Source of the DNA: Thermodesulfobacteriota bacterium
GTDB lineage: Bacteria > Desulfobacterota_D > UBA1144 > Nemesobacterales > JAJCZQ01
Direction: 5' to 3'
Length of the DNA: 64,000 nucleotides
NCBI GenBank assembly: GCA_965203965.1
Contig: CBDBDR010000017.1
Coordinates: 128,001-192,000, forward strand
The translations under genes were made by a program, and so were the position numbers. Below are positions 12,322-22,870 of the stretch, in pieces (the stretch's first letter is position 1; each line of letters begins with the position of its first letter). The notes beneath the pieces are model-generated. The model was not told the origin of the DNA, made no database searches, and saw only the letters and a program-made list of their open reading frames with translations.

Positions 12322-13565
12322 TTTGCTAATTGTTTGGCCAATCCGATAAGGTAAATGGATCCTGTGATGCACGTGGGCATATTTAAACTTTTAACATATT
12401 TTAGCGCTTTTTTGTAATCTTGGATCATTTCAGTGTTGTCCACAAAGAGCTTTGACATCTTGAAAAGCGTTTCAGCATCAGTGCCTCTTTCATTGGGAAT
12501 TGTCGTTACAACAACTTTGCTGGCTTTACGCGAGATTGTCGCAATAAATTCTTTATGGTCTTTGTCATTCAGCATACCGAGGAGAAAAACGTATTTACTT
12601 CGCGGTTTAAGTTCATGCAAATTGTTGACGAGTGCTTGTGCAGAACCAATGTTGTGGGCACAGTCCAGTATCGTAAGGGGATTTCCATTAACTATTTCAA
12701 ACCTGCCTTCCAATCTTACCGAACTCAGCGGTTTGTTGATACTTCTAATATCTATTTTTATCTTATGCTTCGCGTCTATCAATTCACATACAGCAACAGC
12801 TATTGCTGTATTAGCCATCTGGTGTGTTCCGACAAGTCCAGACACCAGGTTTTCTACCCGTTTGTAGATCCCATAGTAGTTAAACTTTCCGTTTCCTGTC
12901 TTTTCGTAATTAAAGTCCCTATCAATAGAAAACAGATCAGAGCCAACTTCTTTGGCTTTATTGATCATTGTTTTTTGAGCTTTTCCCGTAACTCCCGATA
13001 CTACCGGGACTTTTTCTTTTATAATTTCCGCTTTTTCTCTTGCAATAAGCTCGGTTGTGTTTCCAAGGTGATTTACGTGATCAATTGATATGTTTGTTAT
13101 TACCGATACAAGAGGGGTAATGACATTTGTTGCATCCCATCGTCCACCCATGCCGACCTCTAGAATACCTATATCAATTTTCTGTCTCTCAAAATATAAA
13201 AATGCACAAACGGTAACCAACTCAAAATAGCTGAGCTTTACAGATGTCTTCGTGCACGTGTTAAAAATGACCTCCAATGTTTCATTAAGTTCCGCTTGAG
13301 AGATATTTTTGTTGTCAATTTTTATTCTTTCAGTAACGGAAATCAGGTGAGGGGAGGTATATAATCCTGTTTTATAGCGGTTGGAAGTTAAAATTTCAGA
13401 CAAAATTGAAGCCACAGAACCTTTGCCGTTTGTTCCTGCTATCAGGATGTATTTGATTTTGTCCTGTGGATTTACAAGGTAGTTAAGAACTCTGGTAATT
13501 CTTTCGAGCCCGGGTTTTATATCAAAGAAGCCGGTTGCTTTGAGCCTGTTTATATTGTGGTGCAT
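12318..13565 (-). CDS. folC: Folylpolyglutamate/dihydrofolate synthase
   Basis: IAGTNGKGS, YTSPHL, EVGMGGRWDATN, LDCAHN. Confidence 0.95.
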   Translation of the reverse strand: MHHNINRLKATGFFDIKPGLERITRVLNYLVNPQDKIKYILIAGTNGKGSVASILSEILTSNRYKTGLYTSPHLISVTERIKIDNKNISQAELNETLEVIFNTCTKTSVKLSYFELVTVCAFLYFERQKIDIGILEVGMGGRWDATNVITPLVSVITNISIDHVNHLGNTTELIAREKAEIIKEKVPVVSGVTGKAQKTMINKAKEVGSDLFSIDRDFNYEKTGNGKFNYYGIYKRVENLVSGLVGTHQMANTAIAVAVCELIDAKHKIKIDIRSINKPLSSVRLEGRFEIVNGNPLTILDCAHNIGSAQALVNNLHELKPRSKYVFLLGMLNDKDHKEFIATISRKASKVVVTTIPNERGTDAETLFKMSKLFVDNTEMIQDYKKALKYVKSLNMPTCITGSIYLIGLAKQLAK

Positions 13566-13833
13566 TCACATAGACTATGACTGTTTGGTTTGTGTGTAAT
13601 ATATTTATCTAAACTGTTAGTAATTTGTAGGGAAACAACTCCCTGTTTATCATCAGGCGATGAGTAGTTTCAATGCTTTTTTCATAAAAGCTTGTGTATG
13701 TGATCCGAGACTGAAAATTATTGTAACTCCAAAGGTATTGAGAGACAAATTGTATTGTTCAAGACTTTAGGAACAAAATCTCTAATTATCACCCTAAAAC
13801 TTGAATTATGGACTGGAAGTTCAGTTGATAGGA

Positions 13834-14211
13834 TTAATCCTCAACTAAAACCACTGCGACCGAGTAGTTTCTTTCATGTGAGATAGACGTGTGTACTTTA
13901 TTTATGCCTTTTTGTTCTGCAAAGAATTTAGTTTTTCCAAGTAGCTCTGTGTATGGTTTTCCAAGGTCATCACGCTTGACCTGTATATCGTGAAAATTAA
14001 TGCCGTTCCTAAACCCTGTTCCCAGTGCTTTTACGGCGGCTTCTTTAACTGCATAGTTTGCGGCGTATCTTTGAATTTTCTGACCACGCCTGTCGATAAG
14101 TTCAAGTTCTATGCCAGTGAATATTCTGGCAAGAAATTTCTCTCCCCATTTCTCAATTATCCTTTGTATCCTGCAATTCTGAACTATGTCTATGCCTAAT
14201 CCTAAAACCAT
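13834..14211 (-). CDS. acpS: Holo-ACP synthase
   Basis: GLGIDIV, KEAAVKALGTG, SISHE. Confidence 0.95.
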   Translation of the reverse strand: MVLGLGIDIVQNCRIQRIIEKWGEKFLARIFTGIELELIDRRGQKIQRYAANYAVKEAAVKALGTGFRNGINFHDIQVKRDDLGKPYTELLGKTKFFAEQKGINKVHTSISHERNYSVAVVLVED

Positions 14212-14218
14212 TTTTTTA

Positions 14219-14935
14219 TTACCAATCTATAAGTCCAACCATATCTCTAACGGCTGTTTCTATACCCACAAGTACTGATCTTGATACAATGCTGTGACCT
14301 ATGTTCAACTCTTCTATGCCTTTTATTGTAGCGACTTCCCTTACGTTGTGATAATTCAGCCCATGTCCCGCGGAAACTTTTAATCCGAGTTCCATCGCAT
14401 AGCTCACAGCACGTTCAACTTTTGTCAACTCTCTTTGTCTTGATCTTTCACTTTTAGCATTTGCATAAAGTCCCGTATGTATCTCAATCATGTTTGCCCG
14501 TGTTTGCAGTGATTTTTCAATCTGCTCTTTTTCAGGGTCAATGAACAGGCTTACGAATATTTCGGATTTTTTCAGTTTGGTGACAGTTTCTTGTATATTT
14601 TTGAAATTTCCAATGACATCCAATCCGCCTTCAGTTGTTAGCTCTTTTCTTTTTTCAGGAACAATAGTTGCCATATCGGGTTTGATCTCCGTAGCAATTT
14701 TAACCATCTCACTGGTGGCTGCCATCTCCATGTTGAGCTTAGTTTGAACGCACTTTCTCAATATTTCCAGATCACGCTCTTGTGCATGTCGCCTGTCTTC
14801 TCTCAGATGTACCACAATACCGCTTGCCCCGGCAAGTTCTGATATAATGGCAGCGGCCGCCGGGTCAGGTTCAATGCCACCTCTTGCCTGTCTTAAAGTG
14901 GCAACGTGGTCAATATTTACATTTAATCGTGGCAT
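14219..14935 (-). CDS. pdxJ: Pyridoxine 5'-phosphate synthase
   Basis: [32 protein letters not shown]. Confidence 0.97.
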   Translation of the reverse strand: MPRLNVNIDHVATLRQARGGIEPDPAAAAIISELAGASGIVVHLREDRRHAQERDLEILRKCVQTKLNMEMAATSEMVKIATEIKPDMATIVPEKRKELTTEGGLDVIGNFKNIQETVTKLKKSEIFVSLFIDPEKEQIEKSLQTRANMIEIHTGLYANAKSERSRQRELTKVERAVSYAMELGLKVSAGHGLNYHNVREVATIKGIEELNIGHSIVSRSVLVGIETAVRDMVGLIDW

Positions 14936-14937
14936 AT

Positions 14938-16314
14938 CTATAAACCTATCTCTTTATCCATAAGATCATGTATATCATTGGCAACGCTGTTTATGTTGAA
15001 TTCATCATCGCCTTCAACCATTATTCGTGCAAGTGGTTCCGTGCCTGAATACCTGATATAAATTCTTCCCCTATCTCCCAATTTATTCTCGTAATTATTA
15101 ACCATATTTTCCAATCCTGGCACCTGATTAAAAGGAGGTTTTGTAGATATTTTTACGTTTTTTAAAACTTGCGGGAACATCTCTATCTTACTCGTAAAAT
15201 ACGATAGGGGTTTTTCAAGTCTTTTCATAATGGCAAGTACCTGCAATGATGCCAAAATTCCATCACCGGTCGTGATATGGTCAAGAAATATAATATGACC
15301 TGATTGTTCACCTCCAAGGTTTATTCCTTTTTCTCTCATTAATTCCACTACATACCTGTCTCCAACGTTGGCGCGGTGGAGCTTTACACCTCTTTTTTTC
15401 AAAAAAAGCTCAAACCCTGTGTTGCTCATTAAAGTTGTAACAATTTCTTTTTTCTTCAATTGTCCTCTGCTAATCATCTCTTCAGTGCAGATCGCAAGTA
15501 TATTGTCCCCGTTAATGATATTTCCTTTCTCGTCCGATATTATGACCCTGTCGGCGTCACCATCCAGAGCAATTCCAATATCAGCATTGTTTTCCAACAC
15601 ATTTTTTGTCAGTAATTCAGGGTTCAAACTTCCACAATTGGTGTTGATGTTCATACCATTTGGCTTAACACCAATAGTTATCACTTTGGCACCTAACTCC
15701 CTGTATACTGCGGGGGCAACCTTGTAAGCTGCTCCATTGGCACAATCCAGAACTATTTTTACGCCCTCAAGACTAGCATTGTCCGGAAAAGTTTTTTTCA
15801 CAAATACAATGTATCTTCCCGTGGAGTCGTTTATTCTTATTGCTTTTCCAATTTTATTACTTGACCCAGTCAGTTTTTTTTCTAGGTCAAGCGTCATCCT
15901 TTCAATTTTCAACTCTTTTTCATCTGCAAGTTTAAAGCCATTTCTGTCAAATATTTTTATTCCGTTATCCATGTAGGGGTTATGCGAAGCTGATATTACA
16001 ATTCCGGCGTCTGCTCTCATGTTTTTGGTTAGGAATGCTATTGCGGGAGTGGGTAATGGTCCGACGAAGTAAACATCAACTCCCATTGATACAAGTCCTG
16101 AAGATATTGCCTGCTCAAAGATATAACCTGATATTCTTGTATCCTTACCCAGTATTACTTTGGGAGCAGATGACTTATCTTGACTTGTAATAACATACCC
16201 GAGTGCTTTCCCAAGGTTCAGTGCAATTTCCGGGACCATGGGGTATTGATTTGCAACACCACGTATGCCGTCAGTACCAAATAGTTTTTTTGAAACGGAT
16301 GATTTATTTACCAA
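14938..16314 (-). CDS. glmM: Phosphoglucosamine mutase
   Basis: [36 protein letters not shown]. Confidence 0.96.
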   Translation of the reverse strand: MVNKSSVSKKLFGTDGIRGVANQYPMVPEIALNLGKALGYVITSQDKSSAPKVILGKDTRISGYIFEQAISSGLVSMGVDVYFVGPLPTPAIAFLTKNMRADAGIVISASHNPYMDNGIKIFDRNGFKLADEKELKIERMTLDLEKKLTGSSNKIGKAIRINDSTGRYIVFVKKTFPDNASLEGVKIVLDCANGAAYKVAPAVYRELGAKVITIGVKPNGMNINTNCGSLNPELLTKNVLENNADIGIALDGDADRVIISDEKGNIINGDNILAICTEEMISRGQLKKKEIVTTLMSNTGFELFLKKRGVKLHRANVGDRYVVELMREKGINLGGEQSGHIIFLDHITTGDGILASLQVLAIMKRLEKPLSYFTSKIEMFPQVLKNVKISTKPPFNQVPGLENMVNNYENKLGDRGRIYIRYSGTEPLARIMVEGDDEFNINSVANDIHDLMDKEIGL

Positions 16315-17281
16315 TTGAGTTGATTTTTACTTTGACCTTTTCGGGTGTTATTTTGGTTAAATTTAAACTATTAGAGTTTGGATAGTCAACCTTTACCGTG
16401 AGTTCATGTTCACCTTTATTAGGTTTTTTCAAATCCCCCGCATCAATGTAAACAGATATATCTTCACTGTTGAGTTTGTTTACAAGACTGTATGTTCCGT
16501 CAAATACTAAAATTGCCTTGATCTTATCCGATGTCGTGTAGTCAAGTTTGTCAAAATTCTTAAATGAGATATCCAAGTCTTTAAACTCTTTTTTAAGAGT
16601 ATCTTCTTTGATATTTACTGTTACCTTGACAAGGTTGCTGCTCTCTATGCTTATTAGATTATTTGGTAGTTCTATTGGAGCCTCAATGGAGAAATTGGTC
16701 TTTTCTCCTTTCAGGCTTATCAGACTTGTATAAACGGTCTTGTATTTTCTTATAAGGTTTCGGGGTCCTTTTATCTTAACTCTAGTTGGTGAGAATTTTG
16801 GTTCTCCTTCAACTAAGTATCCTTTATCGGGTCGCCCCAGCAACGGGATAACTGCTATGTTTTTAGTTGAAAGCCTGTCAATCTCTATTGAAATTTCCGA
16901 GGGGCTTACGCTTGTGACTTTGATTTTTCGTGGAAGATTCATGTTCTCGGGCTGAAACTGAATATTTGACACACCTGTTTTAAAGTCCGAAAGATCGTAT
17001 GATATAACTGAGCTTGAGTTATCAAAAGAAAAAATTTCATAGCGTGGACCTTTAATGTTGATATTGATTTCGTCTGGTAGGTTGTTAGTGATTATTAAAC
17101 CCTGAGGCAGGTTTGTATATTTCACTGGAATGTAGAGTTTTTTTTCTATGTCAAATTCCAGATTTGTCGCAAACCAGAGCATGATGGCAATTATAAGTGC
17201 AATTATCTTCTTGCCATAGTCCTTGAAAAAAAGGTTGTTGTTATAAAATTTTTTCAGGTTGTAATTAGACTCTTTAGACAT
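16304..17281 (-). CDS. cdaR: CdaR/YbbR-like diadenylate cyclase regulator
   Basis: N-terminal TM (IIALIIAIMLWF), repeated P..V.I.G YbbR-type beta segments; lies between cdaA and glmM. Confidence 0.85.
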   Translation of the reverse strand: MSKESNYNLKKFYNNNLFFKDYGKKIIALIIAIMLWFATNLEFDIEKKLYIPVKYTNLPQGLIITNNLPDEININIKGPRYEIFSFDNSSSVISYDLSDFKTGVSNIQFQPENMNLPRKIKVTSVSPSEISIEIDRLSTKNIAVIPLLGRPDKGYLVEGEPKFSPTRVKIKGPRNLIRKYKTVYTSLISLKGEKTNFSIEAPIELPNNLISIESSNLVKVTVNIKEDTLKKEFKDLDISFKNFDKLDYTTSDKIKAILVFDGTYSLVNKLNSEDISVYIDAGDLKKPNKGEHELTVKVDYPNSNSLNLTKITPEKVKVKINSIGK

Positions 17282-17299
17282 TTTACTACTTTATTGATT

Positions 17300-18088
17300 C
17301 TAGTTGATACCATTTATCTTTTTTTGTGGAGGTTTTACGTTAAGCAAATCTACCAGATAATTGTAAAGTGATGATGCATCAAGTTTGTTTTTTATTTCCC
17401 CCTGAATTGCAAGTGATATAAGACCTGTTTCTTCTGATACTATGATCACGACGGCATCAGTTTCAGAAGATAACCCAATTGCAGCCCTGTGTCGTGTTCC
17501 AAGTCTCCTATTCAGATCCGGGTCAGTTGCCAACGGGAAGAATGATCCAGCAGAAAGAATTTTGTCCCCAGCAATAACAATTCCCCCGTCGTGTAGAGGA
17601 GATGAGGGGTTAAATATGCTTATTATAAGCTCTCTGGAAATATGAGAGTCAAGTTTCATACCAAGCTCCACAAAATCTTCCAAACTAATGTTTCTCTCAA
17701 TTGCTATGATTGCACCAATTTTTTTACTTGCCAGATATGAAGATGCCTTTACCAGTTCATCTATGGTTTGTTCCTCTGATAATACCCTGCTAAACTTAAG
17801 TAAAAGAGGTTTTTTCCCAATATCTACCAGAGCTTTTCTTATGTCATTCTGAAAGAGTATTACAACTATGACAATGATAGACCCCAAAAAATTACTCAAA
17901 ACCCAGTTCAAGGCAAAGAGTCCCGTGCTTTGGGACAAGAAGAACATCATAATTAGAATCACCAGTCCAAACAACATCTGGGCTGCTCTTGTTCCCTCTA
18001 TAAATTTTAGAACGTAATAAACTATCAGTGCAACGAGCAGTATATCCAGAGTGTCCCAGATGTACCTGAAATTTAATATAGATTGCAA
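17300..18088 (-). CDS. cdaA: Diadenylate cyclase CdaA
   Basis: Three N-terminal TMs, SPLHDGG and LGTRHRAA DAC motifs, VSEETG. Confidence 0.95.
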   Translation of the reverse strand: MQSILNFRYIWDTLDILLVALIVYYVLKFIEGTRAAQMLFGLVILIMMFFLSQSTGLFALNWVLSNFLGSIIVIVVILFQNDIRKALVDIGKKPLLLKFSRVLSEEQTIDELVKASSYLASKKIGAIIAIERNISLEDFVELGMKLDSHISRELIISIFNPSSPLHDGGIVIAGDKILSAGSFFPLATDPDLNRRLGTRHRAAIGLSSETDAVVIIVSEETGLISLAIQGEIKNKLDASSLYNYLVDLLNVKPPQKKINGIN

Positions 18089-18101
18089 TTTTTATCTTCC
18101 G

Positions 18102-18998
18102 CTAATTAATGCTGTAGATTGCGTCTGTCATCATTGTGACTAATTTCATCTGCCGGACGTCGTGAACCCTGACGATTGAGGCTCCATTCATAATTGAAAC
18201 TGCTACTGTTGCTGCTGTACCTTCCAATCTTTTTTCAACGGGTAGATCTCCTAGCAAACTGCCAATAAATGATTTTCTTGAAGTTCCAATCATTACGGGT
18301 CTCCTCAAAACGGAAAAATCAGAAAGATTTTTGATTATCTCTAGATTGTGTTCAGCCGTTTTCCCAAATCCAATTCCGGGATCAACGACAATGCTGTCAA
18401 ATCCAATGCCAAAAGACAGTGCTTTTTGTATTGAGAAGTTAAGAGACGATACAATATTTTTAATAAGAGAAGTGTAGCTTATGTTGTTTTGCATCTCAAA
18501 AGGACGACCAATCGTGTGCATTAAAACTATTCCAGCTTTGTGACTGGCTACTTCTTCTGCCAGTTTTTCATCAAAACTAAGACCGCTTATGTCGTTTATG
18601 ATAGAGACCCCCAGATTAAGTGCTTCACGGGCAACCACGGATTTTGTTGTATCAACCGATAATATAGTTTCAAATCTTGTATGGATATTTTCAAGAACGG
18701 GCAAAATTCTATCAAGTTCTTCTTGCTCCATAATATGATGTGAACCTGGACGAGTTGATTCAGCACCGATGTCAATTATATCAGCACCTTCTGAAATCAT
18801 CTCTTCTATCCTGAATAAATAATCATCTGCCGTTTTATAGAAACCACCGTCATAAAATGAATCAGGAGTTACATTCAGGATACCCATTACAAGGGTTTTG
18901 TGGTTGAGGTCTATAGTTTTATTTTTTAATTTTAGAAAGTTAAATCTATTTTTTTCACTACTAATTTTTTGGTCTGAAAATACATGACTTGATAGCAT
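18102..18998 (-). CDS. folP: Dihydropteroate synthase
   Basis: MGILNVTPDSF, DIGAESTRPG, DPGIGFGK, SRKSFIG, RVHDV. Confidence 0.96.
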   Translation of the reverse strand: MLSSHVFSDQKISSEKNRFNFLKLKNKTIDLNHKTLVMGILNVTPDSFYDGGFYKTADDYLFRIEEMISEGADIIDIGAESTRPGSHHIMEQEELDRILPVLENIHTRFETILSVDTTKSVVAREALNLGVSIINDISGLSFDEKLAEEVASHKAGIVLMHTIGRPFEMQNNISYTSLIKNIVSSLNFSIQKALSFGIGFDSIVVDPGIGFGKTAEHNLEIIKNLSDFSVLRRPVMIGTSRKSFIGSLLGDLPVEKRLEGTAATVAVSIMNGASIVRVHDVRQMKLVTMMTDAIYSIN

Positions 18999-19061
18999 GA
19001 CCTCTGATTATATAACATTTTAATGATAAAGGGAAGTTATATCCGTAAGCTAATGTATCTT

Positions 19062-20888
19062 TTAAACAGTAGCAAGTTCTGGCTTATGATTTAGAACCAA
19101 GCTATCCAACTCTTTACTGTCAATTACTTCTTTTTCTAATAAAATTTTGGCGAGTTTATGTAGAACATCCAGATTTTCTTCCAGCAGTTTCTTGGATTTT
19201 TCACAGCATGTATCCACAATGTTTTTTATCTCACGGTCAATTAGAATTGCAGTTTCATTACTATAATCAGTGTGTTTGGACATTTCTTTGCCAAGAAATA
19301 CCTGATCATCGGTTTTTCCAAATGTTACAGGCCCAAGAGCTTCACTCATTCCCCATTCACATACCATTTTTCTTGCAATTTCGGTTACTCTCTCAAGATC
19401 GTTTCCCGCCCCGCTTGTTCTTTCATTAAATACTATTTCCTCTGCTGCCCTTCCACCCAGAAGCACCATTATCGTGCTGTAAAGATATGTTTTAGAGTGG
19501 GTGTATTTATCTTCTATGGGTAATTGTTGTGTAAGTCCCAGTGCCATGCCTCTTGGAATAATCGTTACTTTATGTATTGGATCGGCTTCCGGTGTAAGCT
19601 TGGCTACAAGAGCATGACCTGCTTCATGATAAGCAGTGATGCGTTTTTCCTTGTCGCTTATTATCATGCTTTTACGTTCAACACCCATTATTACTTTGTC
19701 TTTTGCATATTCAAAGTCTTGCATTGAAATTTTGTCTCTACCACACTTTGCTGCGCGGAGTGCCGATTCGTTTACGAGATTTTGCAGATCTGCTCCCGAA
19801 AAACCAGGTGTTGACCTGGCAATAAGAGAAAGGTCAACGTCGTTGTTAATAGGGGTATCTTTGGAATGGACCTTTAGAATCTCTTCTCTTCCCCTGACAT
19901 CGGGTCTTGGAACAAAAACCTGTCTGTCAAATCTACCGGGTCTTAAAAGTGCAGGATCCAGAACATCTGGCCTGTTTGTAGCTGCCATTACTATTATTCC
20001 TTCATTGTCTTCGAAGCCGTCCATTTCCACAAGCAATTGATTCAAAGTTTGCTCTCTCTCATCGTGTCCCCCTCCCAGTCCAGCTCCTCTATGTCTTCCC
20101 ACTGCGTCGAGCTCATCAACAAATATTATGCAGGGAGAGTGTCGTTTGGCTTGTATAAACAGCTCTCTCACTCTGGATGCTCCAACACCTACAAACATCT
20201 CCACAAAATCACTTCCGCTTATAATGAAAAAAGGAACATTTGCCTCGCCTGCAATAGCTTTTGCAATAAGAGTTTTACCTGTTCCAGGAGGACCCACGAG
20301 AAGGACTCCCTTGGGAATTCTACCTCCGAGTTTTGTAAATTTTTTTGGGTCTTTAAGAAATTCAACGATCTCGCTTACTTCCTCTTTTGCCTCATCAACT
20401 CCCGCAACGTCTTTAAAAGTAACTTTGTTCTGATCCTCGGTCAGCATCCGGGCTTTGTTTTTTCCAAATGACATAGCTTTAGTTCCACCCGCCTGGATCT
20501 GCCGCATGAAGAGCACCATTAGTGCAATTAGTATTATCAGAGGAGCCCAGTTGATGATTAACTGTGTAAGAGAACTGTCTTTGGTTTTTGAAAAACTGAA
20601 ACTTATATTCTCGCTTTTGAGATCATTGATCAAATCTTCAGTTGAGGGACCCACGGTTTTGAACTTCGTTATATCGCTGCCTGTTTCCGGATACCGAATA
20701 TTACCAGTTATGTTGTTCTCGCTGAACTCAATATTGTTTACGTCATTCTGCTCTACCAGTGTCAAAAACTCACTGTATGCAATTTCTTTATAAGTTGCTC
20801 TTGGTGTATTTATGAACTGATAAAGTGCGATTATGATAACAAAAACTACAAGCCAGAGAGCTAAATTTTTTAATATATTACTGTTCAA
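19062..20888 (-). CDS. ftsH: ATP-dependent zinc metalloprotease FtsH
   Basis: Two TMs, [19 protein letters not shown] start after GAGG. Confidence 0.98.
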   Translation of the reverse strand: MNSNILKNLALWLVVFVIIIALYQFINTPRATYKEIAYSEFLTLVEQNDVNNIEFSENNITGNIRYPETGSDITKFKTVGPSTEDLINDLKSENISFSFSKTKDSSLTQLIINWAPLIILIALMVLFMRQIQAGGTKAMSFGKNKARMLTEDQNKVTFKDVAGVDEAKEEVSEIVEFLKDPKKFTKLGGRIPKGVLLVGPPGTGKTLIAKAIAGEANVPFFIISGSDFVEMFVGVGASRVRELFIQAKRHSPCIIFVDELDAVGRHRGAGLGGGHDEREQTLNQLLVEMDGFEDNEGIIVMAATNRPDVLDPALLRPGRFDRQVFVPRPDVRGREEILKVHSKDTPINNDVDLSLIARSTPGFSGADLQNLVNESALRAAKCGRDKISMQDFEYAKDKVIMGVERKSMIISDKEKRITAYHEAGHALVAKLTPEADPIHKVTIIPRGMALGLTQQLPIEDKYTHSKTYLYSTIMVLLGGRAAEEIVFNERTSGAGNDLERVTEIARKMVCEWGMSEALGPVTFGKTDDQVFLGKEMSKHTDYSNETAILIDREIKNIVDTCCEKSKKLLEENLDVLHKLAKILLEKEVIDSKELDSLVLNHKPELATV

Positions 20889-21148
20889 ATATATACCTCT
20901 TTACCTAAATTGTACAAGGTAAGATAATCACTTTATATTGGCATTCAACAGTTAATAAATTAACACACCGATTATTTGCTTTCAATACTTAGATGTATGG
21001 GTGTGTTATACTTGCATTTCACGGCAATTTTCCACTTATTATAGAGTCAACATTGGCATTATCCTGAAGACACAATAGTATAAAAATGAAACTCAATACG
21101 GATTCAATGCAAAAACCGCAGTATTTGGCATAGTCTCAAGCAGAGTCT

Positions 21149-22084
21149 TTATGAAAATGCCGCCACCGTATTTTCCATAACTTCCACGTTGCTTTGCTTT
21201 CCTACGGGAACGGGTGCTATTATTGCGAGATCTAAACCTTTGTCAAAATAAAGCTGGAGTTTTTCCCTGCATTTGGACGCCGGACCAGCTAGTGCAACTG
21301 CTTCAACAAGCTCGTTCGTAAAAACCTCCGCTGGATTTGCACCGCTCTGTATCTGTTCAACAACATCACCAAAACCGATATTTTTTATTAACCTCTGGTA
21401 GAAAGGAAACCTTGCATAACCTGATAGTCCTTTCTTTGCAGTTTCAATTGCCAGTCCTTCATCTTCTGAAATAAAAGAGGGTATCCCGTTTGTTATAGTG
21501 ATGTCTGATATGTTTCTGCCTGCTTTTTCTGCACCAACCCTGACGTTGCTGATCAATTCAGACATATACTTAGGTGGGCACATATAGGGCATTAACCCAT
21601 CAGCTATTTCACCAGCAAGTGTTGATGCACCTTTTGTCAGCCCTGCTATGTAAACGGGAATATGGGGTAGCTTTCTTTTTAAGGTTAATCTCTCGGAACT
21701 TCCATCTGCCAAAGCCCTGACTTCTTTTACATAATTTCTCATATCTTCAACCGCGTCTCCCATTTCTATTCCATACCTACTGTTGACGGGTTTGTGGCTT
21801 ACACCCAGCCCAAGTATCATTCTTCCGCCCGTGATTTCCTGAATTGTGAGCGCTGTTGCCGCAGTTACAACGGGCTGTCTCATGTATATATTGGCGATCC
21901 ATGTTCCAACCTTAATTTTTGTTGTGGCTTCCGCAAAAACCTGTGAGTTTGATAACGCACTGTAGGGAGGAACTTCGGGGGAGAATATAGCTTCTAACCC
22001 GCCTTCCTCGGATATTCTTGCGAGTGACCTAAGATCTTCTACACTGCATCCCCAGACTGGTGAAATTGTGGCAATCCTTTTCAT
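21149..22084 (-). CDS. LLM-class (luciferase-like) flavin/F420-dependent oxidoreductase
   Basis: ATTKIKVGTWIANIY, GGRMILGLGVSH, PVYIAG..AGEIADG; AAGGAG RBS. Confidence 0.88.
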   Translation of the reverse strand: MKRIATISPVWGCSVEDLRSLARISEEGGLEAIFSPEVPPYSALSNSQVFAEATTKIKVGTWIANIYMRQPVVTAATALTIQEITGGRMILGLGVSHKPVNSRYGIEMGDAVEDMRNYVKEVRALADGSSERLTLKRKLPHIPVYIAGLTKGASTLAGEIADGLMPYMCPPKYMSELISNVRVGAEKAGRNISDITITNGIPSFISEDEGLAIETAKKGLSGYARFPFYQRLIKNIGFGDVVEQIQSGANPAEVFTNELVEAVALAGPASKCREKLQLYFDKGLDLAIIAPVPVGKQSNVEVMENTVAAFS

Positions 22085-22167
22085 GATTTTTTCTCCTTAA
22101 TAAACCTTTTTCTTAACTTTTGTGCCCTAATTATATCACACTTTACTACAGTTCAGACATTGTTATG

Positions 22168-22196
22168 TTTACAACCCGTTGCTTGTAGGATACAAT
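22168..22196 (+). promoter_or_regulatory. Sigma70-type promoter for the small ORF at 22205
   Basis: TTTACA-N17-TACAAT, ending 8 nt before the ATG. Confidence 0.55.
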
Positions 22197-22204
22197 ATAA
22201 TCCC

Positions 22205-22321
22205 ATGTTTGAATTAGAACCACATGAAAAAGAGGGCGCAGTTTACATTGCTGGTGTGTTTATTTTGATTGCTTCAATAATGTTAATTGCATCACTAACT
22301 CACGTAGTGCTGTCGCCTTAG
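22205..22321 (+). CDS. Small (38 aa) single-TM membrane protein, not in the ORF track
   Basis: MFELEPHEKEGAVYIAGVFILIASIMLIASLTHVVLSP*; acidic N-terminus then hydrophobic helix; promoter directly upstream. Confidence 0.6.
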   Translation: MFELEPHEKEGAVYIAGVFILIASIMLIASLTHVVLSP

Positions 22322-22788
22322 CTCAATCCCCATTTCATTACCTCCAAAACCACATCTTCTGGTTTAATTGTTTTGTTGGTGCTGTCGTAAAATTCGATTT
22401 TGCCTTTCTTTGCTTTATATTCCAAACTCAAAAGTTGTATTCGTCTGTTCGTGATCTGCTGTATTGGGAAATTATCTTTTATAGCCAGTCCATATATAAA
22501 TACTCTTTTCTCTTTGTTCTGAGTGACGAATATAAATTTTTTTTCGGTTCTAATCACAAATCCGCCGCAGTCGTTTTGAAAATTAAAAAACAGAGGCATC
22601 AGATCGGCAGGCAGCCTGTAAAGATTGACGGATGAAGAGTTGGTTTCTTTAAGGGTGTTAATGCCAATCTTGGCAATATCAAAAAGTATCTCTAATGCTT
22701 CATTATTTTCCGAACCGTTAAACTTTTTATTTTCAGAAATTTTTACACGCTGAGATAAAATTTTAATTTCTTTTATAAAATTGTTCAT
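22318..22788 (-). CDS. Hypothetical protein
   Basis: 156-aa ORF filling the gap; no motif recognised. Confidence 0.65.
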   Translation of the reverse strand: MNNFIKEIKILSQRVKISENKKFNGSENNEALEILFDIAKIGINTLKETNSSSVNLYRLPADLMPLFFNFQNDCGGFVIRTEKKFIFVTQNKEKRVFIYGLAIKDNFPIQQITNRRIQLLSLEYKAKKGKIEFYDSTNKTIKPEDVVLEVMKWGLS

Positions 22789-22803
22789 AAAGAATTGAAC
22801 TCT

Positions 22804-22832
22804 TTGATTTTATGACTGAGAAATTATATAAT
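22804..22832 (+). promoter_or_regulatory. Sigma70-type promoter of hflX
   Basis: TTGATT-N17-TATAAT. Confidence 0.65.
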
Positions 22833-22870
22833 ACCCGTCAGTTTCACGTCTAACAGTGAGGTTGTAAAGT

